In this document: in pieces, positions 23,901 to 27,829 of the stretch
Numbering within the stretch: position 1 is the stretch's first letter
Layout of the letters: every line of letters begins with the position of its first letter
Assembly: GCA_019120295.1 (NCBI GenBank)
Contig: DWVI01000002.1
Span: 80,869-144,868 of the forward strand
Direction of reading: 5' to 3'
From: Candidatus Onthoplasma faecipullorum
Lineage (GTDB): Bacteria > Bacillota > Clostridia > Christensenellales > UBA1242
DNA: 64,000 bases
The notes under the pieces: generated by a model
Told to the model about the DNA's origin: nothing
The model's input: only the letters and a program-made list of their open reading frames with translations
Database searches by the model: none
Program-made: the position numbers and the translations under genes

Positions 23901-24264
23901 CTGTGATGCGCAACGCAAACACTTGATTTTGTTCAACAGTGGCGGTTGAGAAATTTAAGCCACTACTTATACCTGAAGTTGTAACGATAATATCATCAAT
24001 ATACCTTTCTCTAACGTTTGCAATTTCAACGCGAACATAAATTACACCGTAACCTAAACTCTCATCAATTTGAAGGGAATCATTTTCTCCACCATATGTA
24101 ACTGAAATACCATTGGTTGCATCCAACCAATTCGAAGAATCTTCACTGAAAGCGTATGAAATACGGAATTCCATGTTTTCATATCTATCCCCGCACGCAC
24201 TTAAAACAAACGGACATAGAAGCAACATAATACTTACAAATACGCTAAATATTCTCTTTTTCAT
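2974..24264 (-). CDS. Giant (7,096 aa) surface protein with a lipoprotein signal, multiple GLUG-motif beta-helix-like blocks, a C-terminal TM hairpin and a Tyr-rich tail
   Basis: There is one uninterrupted 21,291-nt ORF with an SD (gagggg) before the ATG. The N-terminus MKKRIFSVFVSIMLLLCPFVLSAC carries a lipobox. I counted about 50 motifs of the form (V/F/Y)GG(L/V/I)(V/I/A)G....G.I.N by eye. All plus-strand ORFs within it are short antisense shadows. Confidence 0.9.
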   Translation of the reverse strand: MKKRIFSVFVSIMLLLCPFVLSACGDRYENMEFRISYAFSEDSSNWLDATNGISVTYGGENDSLQIDESLGYGVIYVRVEIANVRERYIDDIIVTTSGISSGLNFSTATVEQNQVFALRITDNVKSNLRFYETNSQKTTNIGLSVSRSITGIEVDTSIKPAVVIGDNVGLALMQVNNLTYLPANKTDQTGVRYSIDSVGAYNYDGASNQNVYVATSSTAGVNITAGGVLTVSNDFVLTDSRYIVRIKATSLYNEEISAYFDVYIVDRIVNTDQSLYVPDVKYSRTANDVGDNMTLYVGNSNYNTSQITIEYNDFSSFYNSERLTIDDAISYGIAVYVDGRLIDFDETETINGLIVENRDGVIFITAIDAEIRTNTIRFALTLNGVEYFTSTEPRYEKQVTLTKEILPTSIRINGETIANGGTANGIVYGTRADYAGLELTLSAFPENSSNDYLLIESINGSLNNLNITGNSLEHVGSALRLRSGETIRILFNDNVSTEQRISIKVLASPSNFEGETVNETYVSATYILNKVITADSINVYSGYSNEVLTNPIQNANLLINARETSGFYVQVYYTGTVLDASTITLHSNNDAILFSNRSNTISLNDPNVVLEASSVRDAQGNVYNIYRVEILPVASMENSQINISAGDENITVGAEFAVSSVYLLDESSITMSLSNNNGMEIIPEDNGLAETNGQNEDIKYFAVVKDGYLEVSVLGRAVGSIVDIAQVISDISLSTNTNYSTGNFSTRAITYNVVSGNVFSLTANIGGRTQVLTLTIHYYTTNSVTGLIEEATKNIQLEFAVYDPIQSISLTADQTNITYINSQFEDASSAQISVASSASSAIPSSGVNFTSGSVEHASQLRLSFNRQLNAYDNISVLINRNGELEELDLSNSQNGYILTDGNEQDILNGNIVVRLNGTPTYNSLTLVVEALRFGESSNVAQTITINFADYEYVEGVVVSGNSIVNEGVDSNYIYMSFIDVADGDYDQETFTARARYNTTEPQDGRLRFGDLTYVLYQVDLDNNGQIIMENGEIKLDLVQTERLDVIFNEEGTVRIRADKLLGGGLFKLVIVPQDAYNDETHTYSEDRGTSLFIMISDGTRQNPYIISSEEELNYINNDLNASYVLGDNIVLSGSFTPIGTTDNNGQILASQFNGTLSGTRQTVGSNNQIVSSVRYSISLTLPSPVLDGDGHAYAGLFTILGADAEISNLDLITSYATEYSHTNNGTNLYVGSLAGVNSGTISGVSLVTNGTTTITSTTATYFGGLVGSNNGVISLDAECVKFDNVVLTTSNSNADGLNVGLVAGLNAGEISGNYVDKDGLNNIVFNVISNLTIYSNTNNAVINVGGVAGENYNGIIKNLLIGGSIEVQNNANYSSTGYVGGVVGVNIFEAGENVNVKYIDSCTVIGLDLISSSTGISLAGIVGSSSGYTITNVRFISANTTFTSARTTVGKIEGAGVVAGIVANSSNDTIEYASLQNFVSGEENNGVVSDFYTLSSGIDQVYGLVNGATSTISNSFVQVNIAVNNNTSTIYLTSNATETSTYFLGKVQNYEGATINSNANSDFNIVYTDIAMYSIANYTATEIDLTNGVFDETSVNVLSEVTVDSLLSEVIVTAETFEELKSSLYILNDTVFTKLDETSVFEEGTTYYSLNEDAILAEISEGLIGVDADSNAYLITDAQQFNATYTYYNINADYISVVDNSLVVNQNFENLYVEENNRYIKASENIGENLLTYLQSTFITLTFNEEEWINIIKDNTNVYEGDALKSNYAYESAGVIVRNNFIQIQGLNYYFPYLLNEQNVPVMIIRPSEISANINESYVITINSIYVDKEIDTNEITFAHSAIINYHNSTNPLNNARLNTYNLVNTGSAGDENGLIDVSVLPIDASSGLYYEIVSGMSYAYIVNNEQIVFTGVSGGTPIIVRAYSVFDDTVEAYIAFYTYLGITDLNISANNIEEINDANDTADYELTTFIGSNPYLISIEPENIYQGQECSTLFDLDRVDEFVSVEFEQVSNSVVDIQSTLAIDTVRLGIQENAQFDGNRWDENITIKLIFNLTRYFGENVYPQIGGVDQTIEIDSVVLRVIVFKSATAVEINESGFIINTEGNLNFNASLYTGYVLDAEDAPKNRYDIGCSISQGVVSLNNDTDNKDSITLSFDITSGESEANRLMSITEVDHFAELFDYNFAWQVIESGGLVVGYNYTISMSLEDEFNYRYITSEIEFTLTVSAWSNSGVSDSLLITLTPTTLSSARIENYTATDISSNNSYINLITSSSTETSIIAPGGLGGVMLIYLEPAYSNIISATLTSSTLFVPSLNRDVRINFEQLVYNTDTKSYQTILSGAEPVEGGIQLRLVSTIDNSGREAYNGVIYIHTQLDRFSGLSSTISATLTVETGSTANPTVSVTKQLLTRYLPGASLSYDGIEIRDNEYIIQEDTYSNTMDISVYGYQFNSQPNVNLEWYLNDTTKFTYGSGDAYYSLASSNTYTGGKLTEEEFNDKFDYLFILSNGNYVKLSADATYNSETEYYEPVNRGIIYDVSDTTYSDPYYISNYVTARVDGNYADLLPNTDGSYTMQVLFNVQPDTPTSFKITASQSLTTDESVIVTERSESLIFHPVRAVLNELYFANLNNNTMNLVINHSNTIDFAFNTSNDIIDLNDYIYNRLLAGFTTKDELNNDVLNVEAFVNQFRFVNSAGSVVNLTTNEEDASTNHPQFSVRVVNNQLVFTGLETFNNTIEFGVHYGYVYNAEDGKYQLTFGAMNTNSLAYSIDASFNLIIVPSTSETNAIPIYSASDMVDEEGNTRLVEGTDYILMNDITLDLVQPIDVAIASFDGNNRVIKINSFAVSSEQTNYGLFARIGTYTRNDQEEKTILKNIIVDYSGFNSDNNGILSLVGLNNVTFGGLVAVNDGGLIYNCDVMNLSNTTKTINLVTDASMQNLTFGGLVGENNGTITNSRVGRMNYTRIEADANTQTERTVSGEALMFVVGDNTSTDTQTANGFVGVTGGFVGNNSGVIASSYMANTSLINLSTANSLARTAGFVGTNSGTINYSYVKAREDTISYNSPSATGAYIRAATNGNVAGFVHVNSGTITNSFANTELITTSAFMAGFVYQNSSAGIISECYAACTLNGSNNSLDVSEQPFVGVDEAGTLLSDGQIENSYFLISDNYSEIVEQDGKAQAIALNTENFIDSDKLTGFVFINSTSQTERNQGVWTYYSGNVSVVLPELTNTNIVAHSYRYLVDVTDNEDYVTYNYTNAINYAEGSANNPYIIRNVDEFNEIMTRNSTETNRSMTGYVRFIDDIDFASNSRAIQTRVNFTLGDENNRAVTSIDGNGMNISGIYLDVLDATSATDIGLFSRVENAYIKNLNLNFVSTTLTDDQFSSVSVQYSGGLAGRINNSAIINISLNGSSTTIAGRNFAGGLAGVITGSSMIYGIDTNLSVKAVNTDYNYYMYYNEADFNTMRAAGILPYGNYSDYLTNLSYAGGVAGVIDIVERSNIDFNLSYVNVLGTEMYDRSQANGNIQADYAGGVAGYMNNQTNALRVKFIVGTNNLILGQRATGGLFAVARGSITASQVSAPEDTQYDYDTAFGKYVTDLRNGSEAVLDGDYGNLNLLEGYGYVGGLVGISIGTTINSSYSKASIRTGEVVGGLIGTSYASSVVYSYAVPYINLDYNADIYESVGGLIGSAYGVRQIGTVISRNNPEYEAIALRLNNIVSQDTDLQFTFSTILLDNDEIIPLDATFDYISADYRDGTQYITSNESETLAYVFAGLVNYKFSSESSSVINSMTSIASNINLDDLFDIYGTNIQQETIFYEVFSGWSEEYWTLDSTKYYPLLLNKRVSNYIEIATADDFYKIINNETGNFKIVNNIDMTDWCNQQSGNFILDINFQGVLIGEMADGSGTPILSGLTIDARNTGNAGFFNQTTNATIRNIKFEWNNSNNNGAIVINNTVDMVGMISSSDNGSLFSNLSVTTKTGESNMIATTNNERSSISGFGGIIGNASNSNVLNCSYVGNLNVKLNVNSKDDVMVGGLVGSATRDINSDNQNEENTTNMTISSSYVGRTNSKTTFTFRIPESVNSGNVYIGGLVGEAIQTSISSVRLGSLDNENIDNQNVDINVEMSGTCNTIVSGGIARSEDSILSSATILTNITVSGTQSNETGTTTVNTFVAGAIGEMQQSGASENAQIRSTGVTANIDLTGLSVNYLNTSLGVAYIGGNSARIESSLFTGYVNSTTITNDETGETTDSLNTITSVHYGGIVAQSESAVLTISESMAYVQEVNIGSGGTSSLFAGGLVGEASSLSINDALTAGRIYPITNSYNDNSVLMLGGLVGEADGLTITRAISLESIFLNEIANDMLPHAQTGALYASAGRGDAEGNVTGVNIVDVYYSSDLALVTQSEDVGTNLSANLLINQPSIYMPNFNTDNTTIWGTVPAGNGDLGSVPYIASIEELLISHSILNITSTGYSYTQGTVFEPYVVDSVNEYIMQENYAYYLLSSNLTTLPKFTAHENNLDVIKGFIIGGEKSYSVNTTNNLSSVNNNQYSGVFASTDNKSAVSNIHLNLASMEDNTEVEIPNNVVGLVVGLNRGVMYNISVQGTGLTLSSTGNSIDIGLIAGRNEGLVYNAYSTAEILNVTVSGNSNLSGIVSQNAGKIVNSYFTGYINNVLTDSTVVPSAGIIGTVSENSYVYNSYMAGVIEGLSANGNSFYSQSENGAPFNGNNNFIDSLANIETGNITGVSFATTLEIMNGTGLVGNWNIIFKSPSSEAEVYYVNPTSPSYGYNYGYPVYNDYKQITSTGNAEDLQYSPVAYQLYTGTGSTTSDITDLSQVNIEPNIDNLNNSSYEHAYKIPHLGVLSSIQGLSYIDSADFNVPDVTGFINTSLNYMLIYDIDAQETQWEPVGRTSNSNITISDDYYKMLGGNEFNGLFISNRNYAYSPLEIDNLDNLCTITNLSNNGLFANIDNAYFGYLKLGNFTYLQNSGALGTVIDSDVEGQSTEITVTVQNIYFATENRDQLNTITGGTRTGETEVTTYIGGLFGNIISGNIEIDNLQTTSTDAINTNNTYVSIALEDANYAGLIAGSMSGGSLQFVTANDNAAGNLSVQFADVNYAGGLIGQLSGGTIYGNDTIINLYAFDADRGVDILGGIVGLSSTNSTSIVNNVVVVPSTSNTSISYINSFGGLVGEIAGNVTLDNCAIHTNNFAQIQAVNLDSYFGLITAKLTGGASVVSGFTHASSQDAFSIQITASVNSEEEQTAFGVLIGKTESNSSIEITLGNSISTNLTVVNGKNVGGIIGWYNGGTVNIDRPNGVAYNVNVAGITNVGGAVGLVTSDVNEMVDIYNTEHNYWNFLNSNSSYATLSTPNNATTLENWGGLFGKVETDDLYLYTTQSENEQNGPRNIQEIVNYNTININGAETFADSGNIKIVNVGGVVGLFEGQTAIKLTNNGDITHDMSNSRIYGYNNYDSSTDMYAYSNGGEQKIGFKAINVGGVIGNVGENVSYMFALRNNADITGYQNVGGLIGYMSTGLLHSDIPETITIDTDSISLVYNLGDDNIYTPLVEQISNYKFTEHQVEEGDEIVNYYELTNSNDVNNNYFTLNDYAVSVSRTAQITGVINVGGAVGLVTGGTIDSIWTKANVYGNTSVGGLVGYNTNTTNLSIIRNNIVGALSDAELPGTSEDESSANSSTGLEIKGVYLASYETEDNGRTTVWEYVIPTSVGGFIGSSTAGEITYNNVINGYITSTSEGAMAYNSDDASTISTIENYMADLSFTSNSDNSVYFSAENPYLDLTSERKEFNEITSGFGGFIGSVNMSSLIKYTEAENGTEIENLASTNNIQVNINASLGVNVGTFYGYYYNVTTGDDELPMVLLPKLLDDVNVSGAYNIGGIVGYFDGPSGQDNLSLSNADIVVNDALVNNSNDTVVINVQSDTSLSGMYVGGLVGKLTMNGQGMQIVPTSGINRAVISINTVSSYYIGGLIGRLEGNLTILRNDDNTVASNSNNMVSGLIVFGDDDINFGGLVGMLKVAKGGNLNRVVEGTNNAYYGTSVTVEGEHNYPFTVNTIENSNYADGQSSYTADTSNSYINLIAQAYYVNLDTFNISASQTVPYSNPLNKTAINGTEYTVENQPNASKQNLANWMRNGNISGWAKEYTTFRTLQRNIPREDNPGNEWDSIAVIYDAANITKVGTIGNLNLNANNLLLQPGKSADSYTDDYICYTIYEDMEGSPTLYSAIGMASPMYDNKGLYSIPSDDKTTFIDFVWATIGFGDISEVYYISINNNSSLAGLTYYNWTTAYNTVGGDWKSLLGDNGQNEETLVFLVYNVGYYDSTGNVYFDFDTIYHNTTISGVTSDNLPSDGSIFNVSGANSTKANEIISEQSNGHSWVYWLAFGGSIVVDLAITVFTGGFGAIVRQGAKKLLKYVFKQIGKTVLKHGLVYALGGMLIASINSNQIAKSTYYSKLDQSFGFFSSTYNRQILYDDDKLSVQDSHIIADDKNQAYYIYYSTERPADYYNKYYQYTDPLNPANDPIVLNNAGVNTNGDDGRIVNINENSSPMVIDSIVIGDTEYTRGSSGASDNSADWEIYRYYIYKNGVYYKLADACDVINRPAQAHVDTSNFTQGDYTTINGYIYVRGQYEESDNTYNNYDNDVDNNLTQDRTTGEFSINGVPWGTGVTNNLEASVVQSVSYNYNSLFTNIRPITSETQINGSGVYQLADTLIEVTEYIEGNRQSVYYHLGYSYMKNAYYTANGIQNEEDDTRKIARFTWTTSQPEGEEGIDYIQVNYTETVTGEDGVQTVEPRTGYYVIAEVVLNSAGNQIYIYGQDQLPHGTSEGDPIYLYIYPHSFTNPYYNNSEIPNIQDSNYYTANATSDISIAHEVTYYYYDGGYVTNEFIEGVTSVYEPIEGNYEELSITIYTRNGSELNITFGDLINRYDYYKDNYYIENISSTDYQGITNLDYYTVGYNYYVENGRLYTLSTTYSVQDGVCVVSQIISNQDDDKQIMYNYNKYLTNSSIGLYTRYMYSNRAFTRQDITADNLFESNSYSESESSTAYTFPTGNNGRLYYLTESVCVSLGGNVNLRFKEGDEGTDIEDQVIVTAGGINVL
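4936..5136 (-). other. Predicted transmembrane hairpin of the giant protein (aa ~6377-6443)
   Basis: WVYWLAFGGSIVVDLAITVFTGGFGAIV is followed by the basic loop RQGAKKLLKYVFKQIGKTVLKH and then GLVYALGGMLIASINSN. Confidence 0.6.
6180..20965 (-). other. Region of the giant protein containing six GLUG-motif blocks
   Basis: Each block opens with a head such as RQNPYIISSEEELNYINND (about nt 20965), NAIPIYSASDMVDEEG (about 15925), NNPYIIRNVDEFNEIM (about 14480), YIEIATADDFYKIINN (about 12750), FEPYVVDSVNEYIM (about 10855) or YEHAYKIPHLGVL (about 9750). Runs of GGLVG-type motifs follow each head. The last motif, INFGGLVGMLK, is at about nt 6235. A non-GLUG segment lies at about 15925-19750. Confidence 0.7.
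24193..24264 (-). other. Lipoprotein signal peptide of the giant protein (aa 1-24)
   Basis: A KKR N-region, a hydrophobic core and the lipobox L-S-A-C, with the Cys at residue 24. Confidence 0.75.
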
Positions 24265-24596
24265 AACCCCTCACTTTAACTTGTGTAACTTGCTCGAATT
24301 TATTTATAATTTTATTATATATAAAACAGTTAAAAAAGTCAAAAAAATTTGGCGAAATTTGTAAATTAATTGATTTATAAATAGACGCATAAAATTAAAA
24401 TAAAAAATACCGAAAAAATTAAAAATCACTATTTTGTAGTAATTTTAAAACAAAAATTAAAAAAATTTAAAAATTTATTAAAATTTAATTATTTTTTAAG
24501 TTTTTTTTGATTAGTTTTATTAATTTTTTAAAAATTTTTATTTTTTTTAAGTAAATTTTCTAAATAATATTTTGTTATTTTGATTTGTATAAACTA

Positions 24597-24624
24597 TTGA
24601 AAATTTTAAAAAGTATGTTATAAT
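24597..24624 (+). promoter_or_regulatory. Sigma-A promoter placed for a leaderless transcript
   Basis: TTGAAA (24597-24602), a 16-nt spacer ending in TG, and TATAAT (24619-24624). The ATG at 24631 follows after 6 nt and there is no SD. Confidence 0.6.
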
Positions 24625-24630
24625 TGAAAC

Positions 24631-25353
24631 ATGCAAAAAGTTTTAAGTACAATGCGAAAAGCAATAGAAAAATATAATTTAATTGAAAACGGAGATAAAA
24701 TTGCAATAGGTGTAAGTGGAGGAAAGGATAGTTTGGTTTTATTAAAAGCCTTGTCCGATTTTAAAAAGTTTAACCTTTACAATTTTGAAATAGTCGCCGT
24801 TACTATTGACATATACTCAGGCAAAGTGGACTACTCAAACCTAAAAAAGTTCTGCAAAGATATAAATGTGGAATTACACATTGAAAAAACAGATATAAAT
24901 CAAATTGTTTTTGAAGAAAGAAAAGAAAAAAATCCGTGTTCATTGTGTGCAAAAATGCGAAGGGGCGCGTTAAATTCTGTATGCAAAAGATTGGGCTGTA
25001 ATAAACTAGCACTCGCTCACCACCTTCAAGACGTTGTAACCACGTTCTTTTTATCTCTTTTATACGAAGGAAGATTGTCAACCATGCAACCAAAATCATA
25101 TATGTCTAATTCAGAGATAACCTTAATTCGCCCACTCTATCTAACACATGAAGAGAGAATAATTCACGCAAGCAGAAACTATCCAATACTAAAAAGCGTA
25201 TGCCCCGCAAACGACAATAGCAAACGTAAAGACGTAAAAGAGTTTGTTAACAATTTAGAAAAAAATATTCCGGGAGTTAAAAAGCGTATTGAACACGCAA
25301 TACTATCTGATGAGTCTTACAATCTATTAGATAAAATGAAAGAATGGAAATAA
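24631..25353 (+). CDS. ttcA: PP-loop ATPase, TtcA-like (tRNA 2-thiocytidine biosynthesis family)
   Basis: The 240-aa product has the PP-loop GVSGGKDS and the motif CSLCAKMRRG typical of the TtcA family. Confidence 0.8.
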   Translation: MQKVLSTMRKAIEKYNLIENGDKIAIGVSGGKDSLVLLKALSDFKKFNLYNFEIVAVTIDIYSGKVDYSNLKKFCKDINVELHIEKTDINQIVFEERKEKNPCSLCAKMRRGALNSVCKRLGCNKLALAHHLQDVVTTFFLSLLYEGRLSTMQPKSYMSNSEITLIRPLYLTHEERIIHASRNYPILKSVCPANDNSKRKDVKEFVNNLEKNIPGVKKRIEHAILSDESYNLLDKMKEWK

Positions 25354-25585
25354 AAATTGTATTTAATCTATAAAAAATCACAAAAATTTGCACTTTTTTG
25401 TGATTTTTTTATAATTTTTTAAAGGTTTTTTATTTTTTTATTAAATTTAATTTTAATAAAGTTAATTTTTTAAGCAAAGAAATTAAATGAAATTCAACCC
25501 ATTTTTCTACTAAAACTAATAGAATTTTACAATTTTTGACATAATTCAACAAGCCAAATAATAGGTTATATCAAGGAGTGAAAAT

Positions 25586-25882
25586 ATGAATTATTATGAC
25601 CTTGATAACCGAGCAGTAAATCTAGCCTATTATATACTTGATAATCAAACCACAATACGAGCAACAGCAAAAGCCTTTAGTTTGCCTAAAAGCACAGTGC
25701 ACCACGATTTGTCATACAAACTAAAATATATAGACTATGCACTATATTTAAAAGTTAAAAAATTACTAGAAGAAAATTTTAAAATTAAACACATACATGG
25801 CGGAGAATCAACAAAACATAAATATGAATTATTAAAAATGGAAAATAAATCAAATGAAAACATCGAATATCTTATAAACTAA
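25586..25882 (+). CDS. spoIIID: Sporulation transcriptional regulator SpoIIID
   Basis: The 98-aa product has an HTH (TIRATAKAFSLPKSTVHHDL) and a C-terminal basic region (KHIHGGESTKHKYE). Both parallel B. subtilis SpoIIID (KSTVHKDL ... RHLRGGEATKLKY). An SD (aaggag) is present. Confidence 0.85.
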   Translation: MNYYDLDNRAVNLAYYILDNQTTIRATAKAFSLPKSTVHHDLSYKLKYIDYALYLKVKKLLEENFKIKHIHGGESTKHKYELLKMENKSNENIEYLIN

Positions 25883-26097
25883 ATAACTTTAAAAATGCTA
25901 AAAAATTAAAAGAAAATTTAAAATTTATCTTATTTTTAGCATTTTTTATTGATTTTTAATGAATTTTTAAATATTTTTTATTTTTTTATATTTATATTTT
26001 TTATGATGCTTTTTATTTCTATCAATTCGTATTTTGCCCATTCTAAAAATAATTTGACAAATTCAAATTGCTATGTTAAATTATATTCGGAGTAAAA

Positions 26098-26796
26098 ATG
26101 ATAGAATTAAATAACATAACTTACATAGTTGAAGATAAAGGAATTAAAAAAACAATCCTTGATAATATTTCAATAAAATTTGAAGATAATTGCGTCACTG
26201 CAATTACCGGTCAAAACGGAAGTGGAAAATCAACGCTTACAAAAATTATAATTGGCATAATTAAACCTACAAGTGGACAAATTTTATACAATGGTGTAGA
26301 TATCACAAATTACACAATAGACGAGCGCGTAAAACTTGGCATAAATTACGCATTCCAACAACCAATCACGTTTAAAGGCATGACAGTAAAAGAGTTGATA
26401 GACATTGCATCAAATCAAAACAACAGTATACCAAAAGCGTGCGAATATTTATCACGTGTTGGAATATGCGCCAAAGATTATATTGAGCGTGATTTTGATA
26501 AAACACTTTCAGGTGGTGAGCAAAAACGCATTGAACTTGCCATTGCCCTTGCGCAAAACGGCAACACTGTTATTTTTGACGAACCAGAGGCAGGAATAGA
26601 CATTTGGAGTTTTGAGCGACTTAGCAAAATTTTCGAAAAAAATAAATCATACATCGTAGTAAGTCACCAAACTAAATTTTTGTCGTCTGCTGATAAAATT
26701 ATTGTTATGGAAAATGGAAGAGTTACACAATATGGTCCAGCCAAAGATATTTTGAAAAATTTAAAAAGAATAACTTGCAAAAAGGTGGAAGAATAA
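26098..26796 (+). CDS. sufC: Fe-S cluster assembly ATPase SufC-like (ABC ATPase)
   Basis: Walker A GQNGSGKST, the signature LSGGEQKR and Walker B VIFDEPEAG are present. The gene is directly followed by, and abuts, a SufB/D-like gene. Confidence 0.8.
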   Translation: MIELNNITYIVEDKGIKKTILDNISIKFEDNCVTAITGQNGSGKSTLTKIIIGIIKPTSGQILYNGVDITNYTIDERVKLGINYAFQQPITFKGMTVKELIDIASNQNNSIPKACEYLSRVGICAKDYIERDFDKTLSGGEQKRIELAIALAQNGNTVIFDEPEAGIDIWSFERLSKIFEKNKSYIVVSHQTKFLSSADKIIVMENGRVTQYGPAKDILKNLKRITCKKVEE

Positions 26797-27711
26797 ATGA
26801 AACTAGATAAAATATCGCAAAATTTACTTGAACAAATAGCAAAAATTCATGAAATTCCAAATGGCGCTGTATCTTTTAGAAGAAATGGAAAGGGCGAAAT
26901 TGTTCGCTCTACCCCTAGCATAGAAATATTCAAAAAAGAAGACGGCTCTGGAATTGATATTTTTATTCACTCAACTTGCCAAAATGAAGCGTGTCACATT
27001 CCGGTTGTTGTGAGTGAAGAAGGGCTTTTTGATTTAGTTTACAATGATTTTTATATTGAAGACGGTGCATTTGTTACAATAGTTGCAGGCTGTGGCGTTC
27101 ACTCAAACGGTTCAGGCGGTCATGACGGAATTCACACCTTCCACATAGGTAAAAACGCAACAGTAAATTATATTGAAAACCACATTGCTCTTGGCAATGG
27201 TTCACACAAAATTTTAAACCCAACAACAAACATAACAGTCGGCGAAAATAGCATGATGAACATGGAAACAAATCAGTTAGGCGGAGTTGATTATTCAAAC
27301 AGAATAACAAAAGCAACTTTAAAAGAAAATGCCACATTAAATATCACTGAAAAAATTTTAACCGACCGCTTCAACACCGCTAAAACAGATTTTAAAGTAA
27401 ATCTAACAGGAAAAAACTCAAAATGCAATATTGTTTCAAGAAGCGTTGCACGTGGTGAAAGTGAGCAAGTGTTCAAATCTAATTTAATAGGTAAAAATGA
27501 ATGCTTTGGGCATGTGGAATGTGACGGCATTGTGCTAGACAAAGCGCAAATTAGTTCAATTCCAAGAGTGGATGCAAAATCTAACCTTGCTTCTCTTTCT
27601 CATGAAGCAGCAATAGGAAAAATCGCAAGCGAACAAATTGTTAAACTTATGACCCTTGGTTTAACAGAAAAACAAGCCGAAGATAAAATTATTGAGTGCT
27701 TCCTAAAATAA
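26797..27711 (+). CDS. SufB/SufD-family Fe-S assembly protein (short form)
   Basis: The ORF is 304 aa and its ATG immediately follows the sufC stop codon. The C-terminal ...VDAKSNLASLSHEAAIGKIASEQIVKLMTLGLTEKQAEDKII is typical of SufB/D. Confidence 0.75.
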   Translation: MKLDKISQNLLEQIAKIHEIPNGAVSFRRNGKGEIVRSTPSIEIFKKEDGSGIDIFIHSTCQNEACHIPVVVSEEGLFDLVYNDFYIEDGAFVTIVAGCGVHSNGSGGHDGIHTFHIGKNATVNYIENHIALGNGSHKILNPTTNITVGENSMMNMETNQLGGVDYSNRITKATLKENATLNITEKILTDRFNTAKTDFKVNLTGKNSKCNIVSRSVARGESEQVFKSNLIGKNECFGHVECDGIVLDKAQISSIPRVDAKSNLASLSHEAAIGKIASEQIVKLMTLGLTEKQAEDKIIECFLK

Positions 27712-27744
27712 ATTTAAATTTTTTCATTATTTGCACATTTAACT

Positions 27745-27776
27745 AAAAAAATGAGAAAACTTCTCATTTTTTTAGT
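27745..27776. terminator. Bidirectional terminator between suf and the DMT transporter gene
   Basis: The sequence aaaaaatgagaa-aac-ttctcatttttt is a perfect stem flanked by A- and T-runs. Confidence 0.85.
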
Positions 27777-27829
27777 TTTTATCAATAAAAATATCGTCAA
27801 ATTTATAAATTTATTTGTTACCAGAAATT

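Noticed and set aside
3258-24364. Plus-strand ORFs inside the giant gene: 3258, 4946, 6782, 8369, 9898, 12215, 13158, 13985, 23453, 23660 and 24113. Also the minus-strand out-of-frame ORFs 3654, 5475 and 19752.
   Set aside because: All are short (60-113 aa) and lie entirely within the 21-kb ORF. They lack an SD and have compositions that mirror the antisense of Gly/Asn/Thr-rich coding sequence. They are shadow ORFs.
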